Assembly (NCBI GenBank): GCA_002269645.1
Contig: NIVC01000873.1
Coordinates: forward strand, 184,725 to 248,724
Source of the DNA: Macrostomum lignano
Taxonomy: Eukaryota
Length of the DNA stretch: 64,000 bases
Direction: 5' to 3'
Made by a program: the position numbers and the translations under genes. Shown one piece after another: positions 27,630-48,757 of this stretch. Below the pieces are notes generated by a model that saw nothing but the letters and a program-made list of their open reading frames with translations, had not been told where the DNA came from and ran no database searches. The stretch's first letter is position 1. Each line of letters starts with the position of its first letter.

Positions 27630-28825
27630 CACTCCCTTCAGCCCCTCCCCGCTGCTCCCTGCAACCTCTCCCTGCTGCTCCCTTCAGCCCCTCCCCGCTG
27701 CTCCCTGCAACCTCTCCCTGCTGCTCCCTTCAGCCCCTCCCCGCTGCTCCCTGCAACCTCTCCCTGCTGCTCCCTTCAGCCCCTCCCCGCTGCTCCCTGC
27801 AACCTCTCCCTGCTGCTCCCTTCAGCCCCTCCCCGCTGCTCCCTGCAACCTCTCCCTGCTGCTCCCTTCAGCCCCTCCCCGCTGCTCCCTGCAACCTCTC
27901 CCTGTTGCTCCCTTCAGCCCTCCCCGCTGCTCCCTGCAACCTCTCCCTGCTGCTCCCTTCAGCCCCTCCCCGCTGCTCCCTGCAACCTCTCCCTGCTGCT
28001 CCCTTCAGCCCCTCCCCGCTGCTCCCTGCAACCTCTCCCTGCTGCTCCCTTCAGCCCCTCCCCGCTGCTCCCTGCAACCTCTCCCTGCTGCTCCCTTCAG
28101 CCCTCCCCGCTGCTCCCTGCAACCTCTCCCTGCTGCTCCCTTCAGCCCCTCCCCGCTGCTCCCTGCAACCTCTCCCTGCTGCTCCCTTCAGCCCCTCCCC
28201 GCTGCTCCCTGCAACCTCTCCCTGCTGCTCCCTTCAGCCCCTCCCCGCTGCTCCCTTCAGCCCCTCCCCGCTGCTCCCTGCAACCTCTCCCTGCTGCTCC
28301 CTGCAACCTCTCCCTGCTGCTCCCTTCAACCTCTCCCTGCTGCTCCCTTTAATCTCTCCCTGCTGCTCCCTTCAGCCCCTCCCCGCTGCTCCCTGCAACC
28401 TCTCCCTGCTGCTCCCTTCAGCCCTCCCCGCTGCTCCCTGCAACCTCTCCCTGCTGCTCCCTTCAGCCCCTCCCCGCTGCTCCCTGCAACCTCTCCCTGC
28501 TGCTCCCTTCAGCCCCTCCCCGCTGCTCCCTGCAACCTCTCCCTGCTGCTCCCTTCAGCCCCTCCCCGCTGCTCCCTGCAACCTCTCCCTGCTGCTCCCT
28601 GCAACCTCTCCCTGCTGCTCCCTTCAGCCCCTCCCCGCTGCTCCCTGCAACCTCTCCCTGCTGCTCCCTGCAACCTCTCCCTGCTGCTCCCTGCAACCTC
28701 TCCCCGCTGCTCCCTTAAAGCTCTCCCTGTTGCTCCCTTCAACCTCTCCCTGCTGCCCCCTTTAACCTCTCCCTGCTGCCCCCTTTAACCTCTCCCTGCT
28801 GCCCCCTTTAACCTCTGCTCCCTTC
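27630..28825. repeat. C-rich minisatellite, ~46-bp dimeric unit (ccttcagcccctccccgctgctc-cctgcaacctctccctgctgctc)
   Basis: Tandem array of two alternating related 23-mers. Confidence 0.95.
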
Positions 28826-29559
28826 AAGGGCTAAATCTTTCAGCTATGAATTAGGAAAATAAAACTTGAACAAAACGACAAAGATTTATAAAAAAATAGC
28901 ATTATAAGTTCACACCCAAAAAGATAAAAAATTTAAAAGGATATGAACAGAAACAGTAACCGTTGAAAGAAGACAAATTAAACACAGTAGGTGTATTATA
29001 AATGATATATTTAAACAATAAATTGAGTTCACACTGAACTGTCCCAATGCAACGCGTAGCAGATAAAGAGAGATAGAAATGCAATAATGACCGCTATTAA
29101 CATTAATCATAACTTGAGTATGCAGTGAGTAAAAACTAATTAATTGACACACATGGTAAGGAACCGTAAAAAAACTGTTTAGAAATAAAATCTAGGATAA
29201 AGGAGAATGGGAGATTAGAATGGCTTTTTACTATTGTGTTCAGCGTCGAAGCCGAAGATTAATAAGTTATCTAAGACCTATGAAAGGCGTTTTAGGGTCA
29301 CAACGACAAGTATGCTCTGAATGATGATCGGTTCGTGTTTTCAGATATTGTTTCTGTTAATTCTAAAAAAACCGTCACTCGCGATAAATTTTGCAAAAAA
29401 GTAAAGCTTCTACTCTTTTTTCAGTAGTTTGTCTGCGTACTGTCACTTAAGTTTAATGTGGCAGTTAAAATTTGGGACCAAATGTCGGGGGTGTGCGGCC
29501 TCGAGAGCATCCCGTTGGAAAAATTATGCACCTATGCAACGCAATACGTACAAAACTTT

Positions 29560-29880
29560 GCCTAGGGGCAGGCCCGATCTAGCTCAGCCAATGAGAGAGA
29601 GCAGTATTGAGAGGTTATAAAGTCAGACAGACAAACCCGGCTTGGGGGGGGGCAGCCCCAATCTAGCTCAGCCAATGAGAGAGAGCAGTAAGGAGAGAGG
29701 TTAAAGTCAGGCAGCCAAAACCAGCCCTAGGGGGAGGGCAGGCCCAATCTGGCTCAGCCAATTAGAGAGCAGTAAGGAGAGGTTGAAGTCAGACAGACAA
29801 AACCAGTCTTGGGGGGAAGCCCCAATCTGGCTCAACCAATGAGAGCAGCAAGGAGAGAGGTCAGAGTCAGACACAAGCGG
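29560..29880. repeat. Four ~85-bp tandem repeats, each with a CCAAT motif
   Basis: ccca/gatctggctcagccaatgagagagagcagtaaggagaggttaaagtcagacagac repeated at about 29571, 29657, 29741 and 29819. Confidence 0.85.
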
Positions 29881-30289
29881 GCAAGAGAAAAGCCAAACTG
29901 TTTATCGGCCTGTCTGGGGGCTGGGCGCCACCCCTCTTCTCTCTTGCTCGCTATGCACACATGCACTGGATTTGGGTTCCAATTTTCCTGCAATTTTCAG
30001 TCATTCATTTGTTTTTTTAAAAAGCAGTCTGGAGTCGGAGCCAAAGGCGGATTGTTGCCGCATTAAAAACTTTCAAAGTCTTGTAAATTCTAATAATATG
30101 TTATTTTGCTACTAAGAAGAGTAGATGGGCGCATTTAAGAGAATGGCGTGTAGTTACATATGAATATATTCTCACTTGGTTTGTCACTTATGATCAGATA
30201 AAAGAAATTCATACTTTAGCAGACAAAAAAGCAATAATAAAATGCTTATATAGCTACTAGCGGTAGCGCAGTTAGAATGCATAAATCAA

Positions 30290-37398
<7,109 letters not shown>

Positions 37399-37414
37399 CT
37401 GCAATGCAGCAGAC

Positions 37415-38506
37415 AGGGCTGAGTATGAGTAGCTCAGGAGCAATGTGTCTGCAGAGGGAGGGCTGAGTATGAGTAGCTCAGGGGCAATGTGTCTGCAGAG
37501 GGCTGAGTATGAGTAGCTCAGGAGCAATGTGTCTGCAGAGGGCTGAGTATGAGTAGCTCAGGAGCAATGTGTCTGCAGAGGGCTGAGTATGAGTAGCTCA
37601 GGAGCAATGTGTCTGCAGAGGGCTGAGTATGAGTAGCTCAGGAGCAGTGTCTGCAGAGGGAGGGCTGAGTATGAGTAGCTCAGGGGCAATGTGTCTGCAG
37701 AGGGCTAAGTATGAGTAGCTCAGGAGCAATGTGTCTGCAGAGGGAGGCTGAGTATGAGTAGCTCAGGAGCAGTGTCTGCAGAGGGAGGGCTAAGTATGAG
37801 TAGCTCAGGAGCAGTGTCTGCAGAGGGAGGGCTAAGTATGAGTAGCTCAGGGGCAATGTGTCTGCAGAGGGAGGGCTAAGTAAGAGTAGCTCAGGGGCAA
37901 TGTGTCTGCAGAGGGAGGGCTAAGTATGAGTAGCTCAGGAGCAGTGTCTGCAGAGGGAGGGCTGAGTATGAGTAGCTCAGGAGCAGTGTCTGCAGAGGGA
38001 GGGCTGAGTATGAGTAGCTCAGGAGCAATGTGTCTGCAGAGGGAGGGCTAAGTATGAGTAGCTCAGGGGCAATGTGTCTGCAGAGGGAGGGCTGAGTATG
38101 AGTAGCTCAGGAGCAATGTGTCTGCAGAGGGAGGGCTAAGTATGAGTAGCTCAGGAGCAGTGTCTGCAGAGGGAGGGCTAAGTATGAGTAGCTCAGGGGC
38201 AATGTGTCTGCAGAGGGAGGGCTAAGTAAGAGTAGCTCAGGGGCAATGTGTCTGCAGAGGGAGGGCTAAGTATGAGTAGCTCAGGAGCAGTGTCTGCAGA
38301 GGGAGGGCTGAGTATGAGTAGCTCAGGAGCAGTGTCTGCAGAGGGAGGGCTGAGTATGAGTAGCTCAGGGGCAATGTGTCTGCAGAGGGCTGAGTATGAG
38401 TAGCTCAGTGGCAATGTGTCTGCAGAGGGCTGAGTATGAGTAGATCAGTGGCAATGTGTCTGCAGATGGCTGAGTATGAGTAGATCAGTGGCAATGTGTC
38501 TGCAGA
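37415..38506. repeat. 37-41 bp minisatellite (gagggctgagtatgagtagctcaggagcaatgtgtctgca)
   Basis: Tandem array directly abutting the first TONSL acceptor. Confidence 0.95.
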
Positions 38507-38697
38507 GCATAGCTTGTAAACTACAAAAGCTAGGTTTGATTCAATATATGGGATGTAGAATTATCAATTTATGATTTATAGATAAATATTCTTAACTCCT
38601 AAGCATAATAAATACATGCTTAACCTTATATAATTGATGTATAGATATATTATATATTATATACTGTACTATATATTTGCTTTATTGTTCAATATAA

Positions 38698-39420
38698 TCT
38701 CTACCTATAAAAATCAAAACTCTGTGTGTGTGTGTGTCTGTCTGTCTGTGTGTGGACAATTTTGATCGCTATGGACTCCCAAACCGCTCAACCAAATTAC
38801 ACCAAACTTTACACCCACCCTAAACTTACTACGGAGAATGTCTTAGGCTACCTTTTAATTTCCTAGACTCAAGTCTTCCTACCTAAAAGTGCAAAAAACT
38901 GCTCAAAATGCGCGATTTTTTCACTTAATCCTCCATAGCGCCGCTCCACTTCTACCGATTCTCTTCAAATTTGACACAGGCAATTTTCAACTATTTTGTC
39001 ACAATCGTGTAAAATTTCAAATCTCAAAGTTAATCCTGAAAGCCGCTGTGCACTTTTAAAGTTAGGCTGTTTTTTTCAGCGTAGCAACCACCCCAACCTC
39101 CGCCCGCCTGCCTCTCTTTCCCGATACCGATCTGGGCCCAGATGTGTAAAAGGGTTTCAAAATTGACTAACTTTCAGCTGCCATAAGTTTGCTCCACGTA
39201 AAGCGATTGACTTTAAACTTGACACAATTCTTCATTGACTCATTCTCTATCTAAATGTAAAGTTTCAACTCTGTATCTCAATCAGGACGGAAACTGTAAG
39301 CATGTGAAGTTTGTCTGCTTTTTCTGTTGTTTGTGCCACTCACTCACTCATTGCCCCAGCCCAGACGAAGGGTCAGGCGATAGGGCTGAATGTACATGGC
39401 AACGTACAGTGTTTTGGAAT
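38698..39420 (+). mobile_element. Possible non-autonomous Helitron/Helentron-type element
   Basis: Starts tctctacctataaaaatcaaaac, then a (TG)/(TCTG) microsatellite and aaaccgctcaacc...accaaa, an arrangement seen in DINE/HINE-like elements. The 3' end is not defined. Confidence 0.4.
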
Positions 39421-39954
39421 AACTTTTAATAGCCTTCTCTGCACCCCGCGAGTGGAGAGGCGTGGAGAGGAGAGACAGTTTCAGCGAGAGATTCAATCCA
39501 CTGTCCTCTGTATAGACAAGTCTGCAGCAGTTTAACAGTGAATGGCAAACAGGCAAATCAAGGCGATGCGGGATGGTTTGTAAAAATAGCGAAAAATTAA
39601 TGAATAACTTATTACAATGCAAACCTACTAAATTAGTTACACCATGAAGCTTTTAACATAAAGTTTCGCATAGGGTAACTTTAAAATTTAAATGACTCCT
39701 AAGAAATGCGCATTTCCTTGGTTGTTAGACTGCTGCAGAGTGCAGACTGTGGTGGTGGAGCTGGAGATACACAAATTCCTCTCAGGGCTGCTAATTGGCC
39801 AGAAAGGTGACGTGATTAAAGCATGAGAAATGATAACCATGATAGTACTACATCCCACAAACTGGCTTTCGAAGCAGGGATCGGTAAATTTTTAACTCAA
39901 AGGCCAGATAAAGAATCCAGCTCATGGAGTCATGGGCACATGGCTGCGGGCCAG

Positions 39955-40277
39955 ATGAGAGTGAAAAAGAAAAGGAATAGACTATTAGAAAGAGAGAAAG
40001 GGCGAGAGGGGGTAAGAGAAAAGATATAAGATAACAGGAGAGACGAGTGGGGTGAGGACGAGGAGAGAGCAGAGAATATGGGAGGAGGAAGTGAGAGGAG
40101 GGGAGACAGGAGGGAGAGGAAAGAGTAGAGGTGAGAAGAGGAAGAGAGAAGAGGGGAGAGATGAGACAGAGGATCGATGAGAGAGGAGAGTAGAGAAGAG
40201 TGAGAAGAGAATAGAGAATAGAGAGGAGATAGGAGGGGAGAGAGAGGGAGAGAGGAGTGAGAAGAGAGGAGATAAGA

Positions 40278-40317
<40 letters not shown>

Positions 40318-41385
40318 GAGAAAGAAGAGAGGAGAAAGGAGAGATGATAAAGTAAAGGGAAGAAGAGGAGAGAGGAAAGAGATGAGATTGTGGAGATGAG
40401 AGATGAAGGAAGAGAGGGCAGAGTGCAAAGAGACAAGAGAAGAGAATAGAGGGGAGAGAGTATAGAAGAGGGAAGAGAAGAGGAGTAAGAAGAGAGGATT
40501 CAGTAGAGGGGAAAGAGAAGAGTACACAGGAGAGTGGAGAGTAAAGATGACAGAAGAGAGTGGGGGTAGAGAGCAAAGATGAGAGTGAACGCGATATATG
40601 AGAGGAGAGAGGAGAGTGAAGAGAGAAGAGAGAAGACAAGAGAGGGAGAGAATAGAAGAGGGAAGAGAAGAGAAGGGAAAAAGGAGAAAGGAAAGAGAGG
40701 AGTCAAAAGAGGGGAAAGATCGAAGAGTACAGATGAGAGAGGTGAGAGAACATACGAGTATAAGAGAGTAAAGATGGCAGATGAGAGAGGGGAGATGAGA
40801 GACCAGAGACGAGAGTGAACAGATAAGAGATGGGAGAGTGGAGAGAAAAAAGGATAGAAATAAGAGATGAGAGGTGAGACAAAGGGAGAGAGAAGTGAGT
40901 GAGGAGAGAGGAGGGGAGGGGAGAGAACTGAGAGGACAGGGGAAAGAGGAGAAAGGACGAGAGAGGAGAGGAAACAGGGGAGAGATTAGAGGAGAAAGAG
41001 ATATGGGACAGGAGAGAGCAGAGAGATAAGAGGAGAGAGAGGGAGAGAGAGAGGAGAGAGAGAGAGGGAAAGAGAGAGGAGAAAACATGCAGAAAGAATG
41101 AGAAGAGAGAAGAGAGAAAAGATAAAAGAGGAGAAAGAAGAGATAGATAAGAGAGCAAAGACGAGAGAGAAGAGAGGTGAGGGAAGAGACGATAAAAGAG
41201 AGGAGAGAGGAGAGCGGAAAGAAGAGAAGAGATGAGAGGAGAGAGAGGAGAGAGTAGAGAGTAGAGAGGAGGGAGGAGAGGAGGGATAAAAGAATAGAAG
41301 GGAGAGAGAATAGACGAGAGAATAGGGGATAGAGGAGAGAGAGAAGAGACAGAGACGAGAGAGAGGAGAGGAAACAGAAGAGAAG
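39955..41385. repeat. 1.4-kb polypurine (GA-rich) low-complexity tract
   Basis: Almost entirely A/G on the + strand; source of several spurious S/L-rich ORFs. Confidence 0.93.
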
Positions 41386-44300
41386 GTCGAAGTTTTTAAG
41401 GATCTAAGGGACATAAGGAGAGGCAGAGGCCAGAGTTTGCCTGTTCGCAGCACCCCAGCCAACAATATAAATGTTTGCCTCAAATCCTAATTTTTCACGA
41501 ATGTACTCTATTTTATGTTTAATTCTAACCTAACTATATTTTAACGAGTTTTTGTTTGAGTTTGACCTCAGATTTTAGAATACGAGTACATGCAAAAATA
41601 GTTCGAGGGATTGAAATTCCCCGGGTTCAAAATCCGCGGGTTTCAACAGCTTGTACTATGATAAATTAAGATTAATAAGATACAATAATACTAAAGACCC
41701 TTTGATATAAACATTATTATTCAAAGTAATAACTGGTATTTCATCTCTAACTTACATAAGAAGTTTTTTGGTCACCATTAATGAAATCTTAACTTCCATT
41801 AATAGCAAAAGTAAAACAAAAAAATCTTAACTTATTAACTCTTAATTTTGTTCTTAATTTTGTTAAGTTAATTGAAAGTTAACTGATAATCATTAGTAAG
41901 CAATAATCTGGTAGTATTAACACAGAAAGTATAAGAATTTTGCACTTTTCCAAAACAGACTTTATAATGCAAATGCCTCTGCTTTTCTATCATTTTAGCC
42001 AACACAGAGAGGTCATCCAAGCAATTTGAGCTAAAAAAAGTAAAAACTTGTATATTTAATAAAATATTTCTAAAAGTAAATAAAGCAAAAAAATAACTTT
42101 TATTTCTTGTCAGACATATTTTTGTTCATTCTTTGTAGCTTTGGTCTCATTAGCATTGTCATTAACATTAATGATGAATTTGTCATTGATTCACAAAATT
42201 ATTAATGCAAATTGGGTAAAAATCTTAATATCAGTCTAATAATGTTAATAAAAAATTAGGAGGTAAATCTTTAATAATGGACTGGTGCTTAATACTGATA
42301 AGAGCATATTATATAATTGGCATCTTTGATAGGGATTGTTTATAGAATATTGACAAGTACTAAAAATTCTTTATAAGCTATTGCATACTATATTAAATTT
42401 AATTCAAATGAAAAAATGATCAACAAAAAAATATTTGGTTGTTAAGAATGTTCTTACAGTTCCTAGAACTTTCTTCCAAACTGAGTTTTTTAAAAATGGA
42501 AGGACTAGGAAAAAAGGTAATTGCTATCTGAATCAATCACCCTGTCATGGGCCGAGACATAATGCTATCAGTGTAGAATTTCTTAGGTTTCAAGGCAAAA
42601 AATTTGTTAAACTAATTATCCAAGGCTTCTTTATTAGCAAAAGTTTTGCTTGTCAAGGCATTGGTTAGGGCCAAAAACAGATGGTAATTGCTAGGTGCCA
42701 AGTTGGGGGAGGGGGGAATATGGAGGATGAAGCACCAGTTCCCATTCAAGGCCCAGTAACTTTTGGCAAATCACTTTGGCAGTGTGGGGATGAGCATTAT
42801 TGTGCACAGATTGGACCAGGCCATGATTTGGTTGCTTCTATTCAATAGTGGCAGCCAATCTATCTAACTATTAATAGTATAGATTGGCCATAATCAATGT
42901 ATTGGGTGGTAGCAGCTCATAGAGGATCACACCTTTATTAGTCCTACTAAACACACAGCATGACCATGCGGGTGGAGTTTGGCCTTCGGCTATGGCTTAA
43001 GGGTTGCATCAGCATCCACTAGCAACACTTGATGTTCATATTATAAACACCATTTTTCATTGCCTATAACAATCAACTTTAGCCAGTTGTGTGCACCAAT
43101 AGGAAAGAAGAGAAGTGGCCACCTTTGCCTTGCATTCCTAGTCCCAATTGGACAATTCATGGGATATAGTCCATTGAGTCAACTTGTATACCTTGCCTAG
43201 CCTTGCTGATTGCTCCTATATAATTAGCTTACAAAAAATTAACTATATATACCTAGACTTATATAAGGATATCAAAAGGTATATCATAAAGAAAAAAAAG
43301 AACAATGAAATGAATAGACAATACAAGGCACTATAATAAAGGTATCCTTTGTTTACTTTAATTATCCTAAATTTCTTCTCAGCCTTACTTATATAAACAA
43401 GTCTTATTTTATATTATAACAACTTCAAATAGACTAGAATTAAGATTTTATTTTAAGAACTTTTATATAAATATATGCCTTATGTCTAGTGTATAGGTTT
43501 TTAAGTCAACATTTTGGCACTTTTTTTATTTTTTTAAATTAAGCATAAAAGCATGATTAACTGCTAATTAACTATCTAAAATATCAATAATTGCTTTAAA
43601 TAAACTAGGCCTATATTATTAGACAACAAAAAATTATTTTTTATAATAAAACAAAATGCATATAATTATAAAATATTTATTTAACATTGTTAAATAATAA
43701 AATTTTATTAAAAAGAATTATAAACAATATCAACTAAAGCACAATATTTTAGCATTAATTATTAAAATCCAAATTTAAAATATTTTAAAAAGGCCAAAAG
43801 ACCTACTATGATTAGGCCTAACTTATCTTAAATGTCTTTGATTTCTTGGCTATGGTTTGAAATTTTTAATAATATATTTTTCCTATGGCTATAGGCCTAG
43901 TATAGGCCTAAATAAAGGTCAAATTGTACAAGATGGTTCTCTAAGGACTAAATATATTAGACTAAATTTGAAATCATTTTAGAATATATGCAAGTTTTCA
44001 AACAAAGTTAGCTTTTTTCTTTGCTATAATATAGGGCCTAAATATTTAACCATTAGGCCTAGGCCTAACTAATATACCAACTATTTCTTATTTCACTGGA
44101 CTACCATCGCCATTTGCAAAAAACTTCCTAGCTGCAATAGACTCATGCTTTGCCTACCTGGCCTACTTTCTTGAAATGCTAATAAGTATAAAGACAAAAC
44201 AAAATAGGGCTTAAAAGGTCTAGACTTAGTAAAATAATAATATTTGTAAATTTATTTTTGGCCTAAAATATTTGACTTATATGCATCATACATGTTGATT

Positions 44301-44487
44301 TATATGCATCATAAACAATTCTATAGCCTATAAGTATAAAAGCAAGTCTTAATAAACTAAGTAGACCTCAATAAGGACTTGGCTCATAGGCAGAGCAGCC
44401 AGAGCAAAGCAATCAAATAATAAGCCACTATGCCTATGGCAAATAAATCAGTTTGAATCTGAAATAAATTACTTTGAATCTGATAGG

Positions 44488-44682
44488 CCTAGCATGTACA
44501 TTTCGGCAAAAGAAAGTGACCAGTTTGGCGAAAAGATGGGCTATGAAAAAATCTTCAGCGAAGCTTGGAATAAATTTTTTCGCCGAAATAGTCAGCTTTA
44601 GACGAAATGGTCGTTGCGAAAGTTTTTTTCGCCGTTATTGACTTTCGCCGAAAATTCTTTCGCCGAAGTAGGTCGAAACCTT
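44488..44682. repeat. Small foldback-like element with ttcggcgaaa/tttcgccgaa units
   Basis: Left part carries (tt)ggcgaaaa-type units and the right part inverted ttcgccg units; CpG-rich within a CpG-poor region. Confidence 0.45.
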
Positions 44683-45847
44683 TCAAAATACGAATCTAGG
44701 CTATTTTACGAATTGGAATCTATTGAAATTAACAAGTTGATGATTTTATGTAGGACACTAGATTTAATAATATAACATAAATAAATCGAGACTGAAACAG
44801 TGAAACTGGAACAGAGGCAAGTTTTTGAAACATGGTTGCAAAGTCAAGTCAAGTATTCGTATACATTAAACAGATAATACTTAAGACTTAATTAATCAAA
44901 TAAACAGAATGAATAGGCCTATACTAGTAGAAACTTTAATTTTAGGTAGCTAGAGCCTAGCCGTAGTAGTACTCGTAGTACAAGTAAAAGATCTTTCTTC
45001 TCGCTTGGCAGCGTGGCCGCGGGAGCGGGGCCACTAGCTGCGCTGGCGCTGGGCCCACGTGAGTTCTCGCTTAAATGGAGGTTTAAGGTTTAAGATGGTA
45101 CGAAAACTGAAGGTTTTAAATAAATAAAAATGGTTACAGTTTTGCCATTGCCGACTTCCAAATCAAAAAGGGTATACCCAGTTTCCTTAAAAAATGTTTT
45201 TAAAATCTAAAAAAATCTGATAGATTATCTGCACATGCTGTCATTTAGCGTCGCATTATCGTGAATAAAATCAGTGGAAAGCCTAGTCCTAAGAAAATGC
45301 TGTATTGTGATCGTACATATACCATGCTCACCGCGTGAGGGCAAGAAAATGACAAGAGTCGCATTGACATTCTATTTGGGTCATAAATATATTCAACGAT
45401 TTATTTTCTATTAACTATTAATTTCAGTCAAATTTTGGCAATCGCATTTAGTGCGGCATGTTTGAAATGCTGTTCAGAGCATGCCACAAGAGCGATAAGA
45501 GAGGTTTCACTTGCTTTTTCGCTGTAACTTCATTTGACTAAATTCTGTGGACTGTCTGGTGAGCTTTTTCAGCATCAAATCATTTACTGTTACATGTACA
45601 TTCGCACATGTACGTTTGCATTTGCAGTCCTCCATATCCAGACTTTTTAACATGAAAAAGATAACGAGCAGGCCAGAATTTAAGAGATAATAAACGGGTA
45701 TTGTCAATCTATAAGAATTCGTGAAAGTCGCTTAGCAACTGAACTCTTGCTGCATTTCTTTATTTTTATTTTAACGCCCGAAAGATTTTGTCTGCCTTCT
45801 TGCGAGCGTAAAAATCCTCTAGCTTATAAATAATTTGCATTTTCATC

Positions 45848-47539
45848 ATGCCGGAAAATCAGCAAATGTTCGGCGTGTGGAAGGCCTACAAGAGCGAGAA
45901 CATGGCCGCAGTGCTTGAGAAGGCAGGTACGTTTCGCGATCGAGTCATGATGCAATGGTACAAAATATACATGATAAATTAACATGCATACAGCTGTACG
46001 TACGCTTGTACAAGCAAGAGTTGACCCCCGGAAAAAATCCTGAAGCCCTGGTCCAGCTGTCTCAAACATTATAAAGTTTAAATCCAACTACAAAAGTTCA
46101 TTTTAAAATCACAGGCGCACCCTGGATGGCCAGAAAGATGGGCGCCAACGCCACGCCAACCGTGACGCTGACTCGAGTCGACGACAAGCAAATCAAAATG
46201 ACCACCAAGTCGGCCATCTTCTCTATGGATCAGATCTTCGTGGTCGGCGAGATTGTCGAATTCAAGCCACCATTCCAGAACGAATCGCAGACGTTTCTGA
46301 CAGAATGGACAGATGACGGGCGCCTGATTTTCTTCCAGGGCCCGGCTGGCAGCGACGTGAAGAACACCGGCATCAAGCAGATTCGCAGCCTGGAGCCCAA
46401 CGGAGAGATGCTTGTGGTAGGAAACTGGGCTAAATTTGTTTACGCTCGTATTAACTGTTCTCAGAATATAACCACCGGAGAGTACTTGCCTGAGTACTAC
46501 GGGAGCCGAAAAGGACTGACAGATATAGAGATATCTTCCATTGTATAGACAATGAGTATATATAATACTTGAAGCAATCTGAAATACATATAGAAGTGAG
46601 TGTTTGACCCACAGACAGGAGAGTGACTGATCTGCCAATTAGGGTGCAGTGACTGACCCATGGACTGAGTAAGAGTGACTGACCCTTAGACAGGAGAGTG
46701 AACTGACCCTTGGACAGGAGAGTGACTGACCCACAGACAGGAGAGTGACTGATCTGCCAATTAGGATGCAGTGACTGACCCATGGACTGAGTAAGAGTGA
46801 CTGACCCTTAGACAGGAGAGTGAACTGACCCTTGGACAGGAGAGTGACTGACCCACAGACAGGAGAGTGACTGATCTGCCAATTAGGGTGCAGTGACTGA
46901 CCCATGGACTGAGTAAGAGTGACTGACCCTTAGACAGGAGAGTGAACTGACCCTTGGACAGGAGAGTGACTGACCCACAGACAGGAGAGTGACTGATCTG
47001 CCAATTAGGCTGCAGTGACTGACCCATGGACTGAGTAAGAGTGACTGACCCTTAGACAGGAGAGTGAACTGACCCTTGGACAGGAGAGTGAACTGACCCT
47101 TGGACAGGAGAGTGACTGACCCACAGACAGGAGAGTGAACTGACCCTTGGACAGGAGAGTGACTGACCCACAGACAGGAGAGTGAACTGACCCTTGGACA
47201 GGAGAGTGACTGACCCACAGACAGGAGAGTGAACTGACCCTTGGACAGGAGAGTGACTGACCCACAGACAGGAGAGTGAACTGACCCTTGGACAGGAGAG
47301 TGACTGACCCACAGACAGGAGAGTGAACTGACCCTTGGACAGGAGAGTGACTGACCCACAGACAGGAGAGTGAACTGACCCTTGGACAGGAGAGTGACTG
47401 ACCCACAGACAGGAGAGTGACTGATTCACAGACAGAAAAGTGACTAAAGTTTAAAACCAACTTCGACCGTTATACCTCCCCGCAGACGTCTATCCAAGGA
47501 GATGTGACTGGATACCGCTGGTTCAAACGGGAGAACTAA
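45848..47539 (+). CDS. FABP: Fatty-acid-binding/intracellular lipid-binding protein, copy 1 (3 exons, about 144 aa)
   Basis: Exons 45848-45926 (MPENQQMFGVWKAYKSENMAAVLEKAG), 46115-46416 (APWMARKMGANATPT...IRSLEPNGEMLV) and 47486-47539 (TSIQGDVTGYRWFKREN*). GxW and SEN motifs and the FABP-type phase-1 first intron are present. Confidence 0.88.
46610..47430. repeat. Compound minisatellite (122-bp units, then 39-bp units) in FABP1 intron 2
   Basis: ORF starts spaced 122 bp apart (46639, 46761, 46883, 47005); shorter gactgacccacagacaggagagtgaactgacccttggacaggagagt units follow. Confidence 0.93.
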
Positions 47540-47821
47540 GAGCTTGAGTTGGAGAAAGCATGCAACTATTGAAGACATTTGGTCAACAGGAAACGTGACC
47601 TTGACAGCATGACAAGTTTTCTAATCAATCCTTGATGACAAGATTTAATACTACATAAATATACTTTTCTATCGTTCTACCGAAGAATATAATTCTACAT
47701 GTACGTAATAATCAGAGCAGAATTCCATTTCAGTTCTTAGACATCAAATAAACATAATGTTTTTGTTTCAGTAATAGGAGACTTGCTTTTTTGAAATCTC
47801 TTCAGTCTTAAAAAATCTTCT

Positions 47822-48190
47822 TCCACTCTACTCTACTCTACTCTACTCTACTCTGCTCTACTCTACTCTACTCTACTCTACTCTACTCTACTCTGCTCTA
47901 CTCTACTCTACTCTAGTCTACTCTATTCCACTTGACTCTATTCAACTATACTATACTTTACTCTAGTCTGCTTGATTCTAGTCTACTCTACCGTACTCTA
48001 CTGCACTATACTTTACTTCCACTCTACTCTACTCTACTCTACTCTGCTTTACTCTACTCTGGTCGATTCTATCTCTACTCCACTCTGCTTTACTCTACTC
48101 TGGTCGATTCTACTCTACTCTACTCTGCTTTACTCTACTCTGGTCGATTCTACTCTACTCCACTCTACTCAACTCCACTCTACTCTGCAC
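47822..48190. repeat. (CTCTA)n pentanucleotide microsatellite
   Basis: Tandem ctcta with variants, between the two FABP genes. Confidence 0.92.
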
Positions 48191-48757
48191 TGCACCTGTA
48201 CTTTGCTCTCCTCTCTCCTTTAATGTTATCTCCAGCCTCGTACACACAGGCAATTCTCAACATTGAAATGAAACATCGCGCGAAGATCGGTAATCGCAAC
48301 AGCGAGAGCACAGAACAGCAATTTATGAGAAGCAGTGGGTCAAAATTTTCTTAGCTAAGCTGATAAACCGCTAGACTGCTTGGGCAAGCAGAATCGAGTT
48401 TGGAACTTTGGAAGACGCGATATCGCCGTTTTGGCAAAGCGCTATAGGAACAGGGGGGGGGGGGGTCGTTCGTTAGGGTACGCGAGGATAGAGTTTTCGG
48501 CAGAGGAGAGAAACGAGAGGACACAGAGTGTAAAACGCTTTAAACCCATTTACCCGACGCATGTACGGGTAAAAGTGTACGGGCTGGAATGTACACCAGA
48601 GACACAGGTCAGCACTCCATACTGAAAAGCTCTGCTTTCAAGAACAGCCCCATTTAAGTACTGAAAACGACTAAGCTTCCATTCCCAGGGTTATTAAATA
48701 GAAATCTAAACGTTCTATCTTTAATAGAAGCAGTGAAAATCCTTGATTGAAGCCGCC

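Noticed and set aside
27532-28788. 418-aa, 286-aa and 256-aa Pro/Cys-rich ORFs
   Set aside because: Translations of a 46-bp minisatellite, open in several frames, with no splice or start context.
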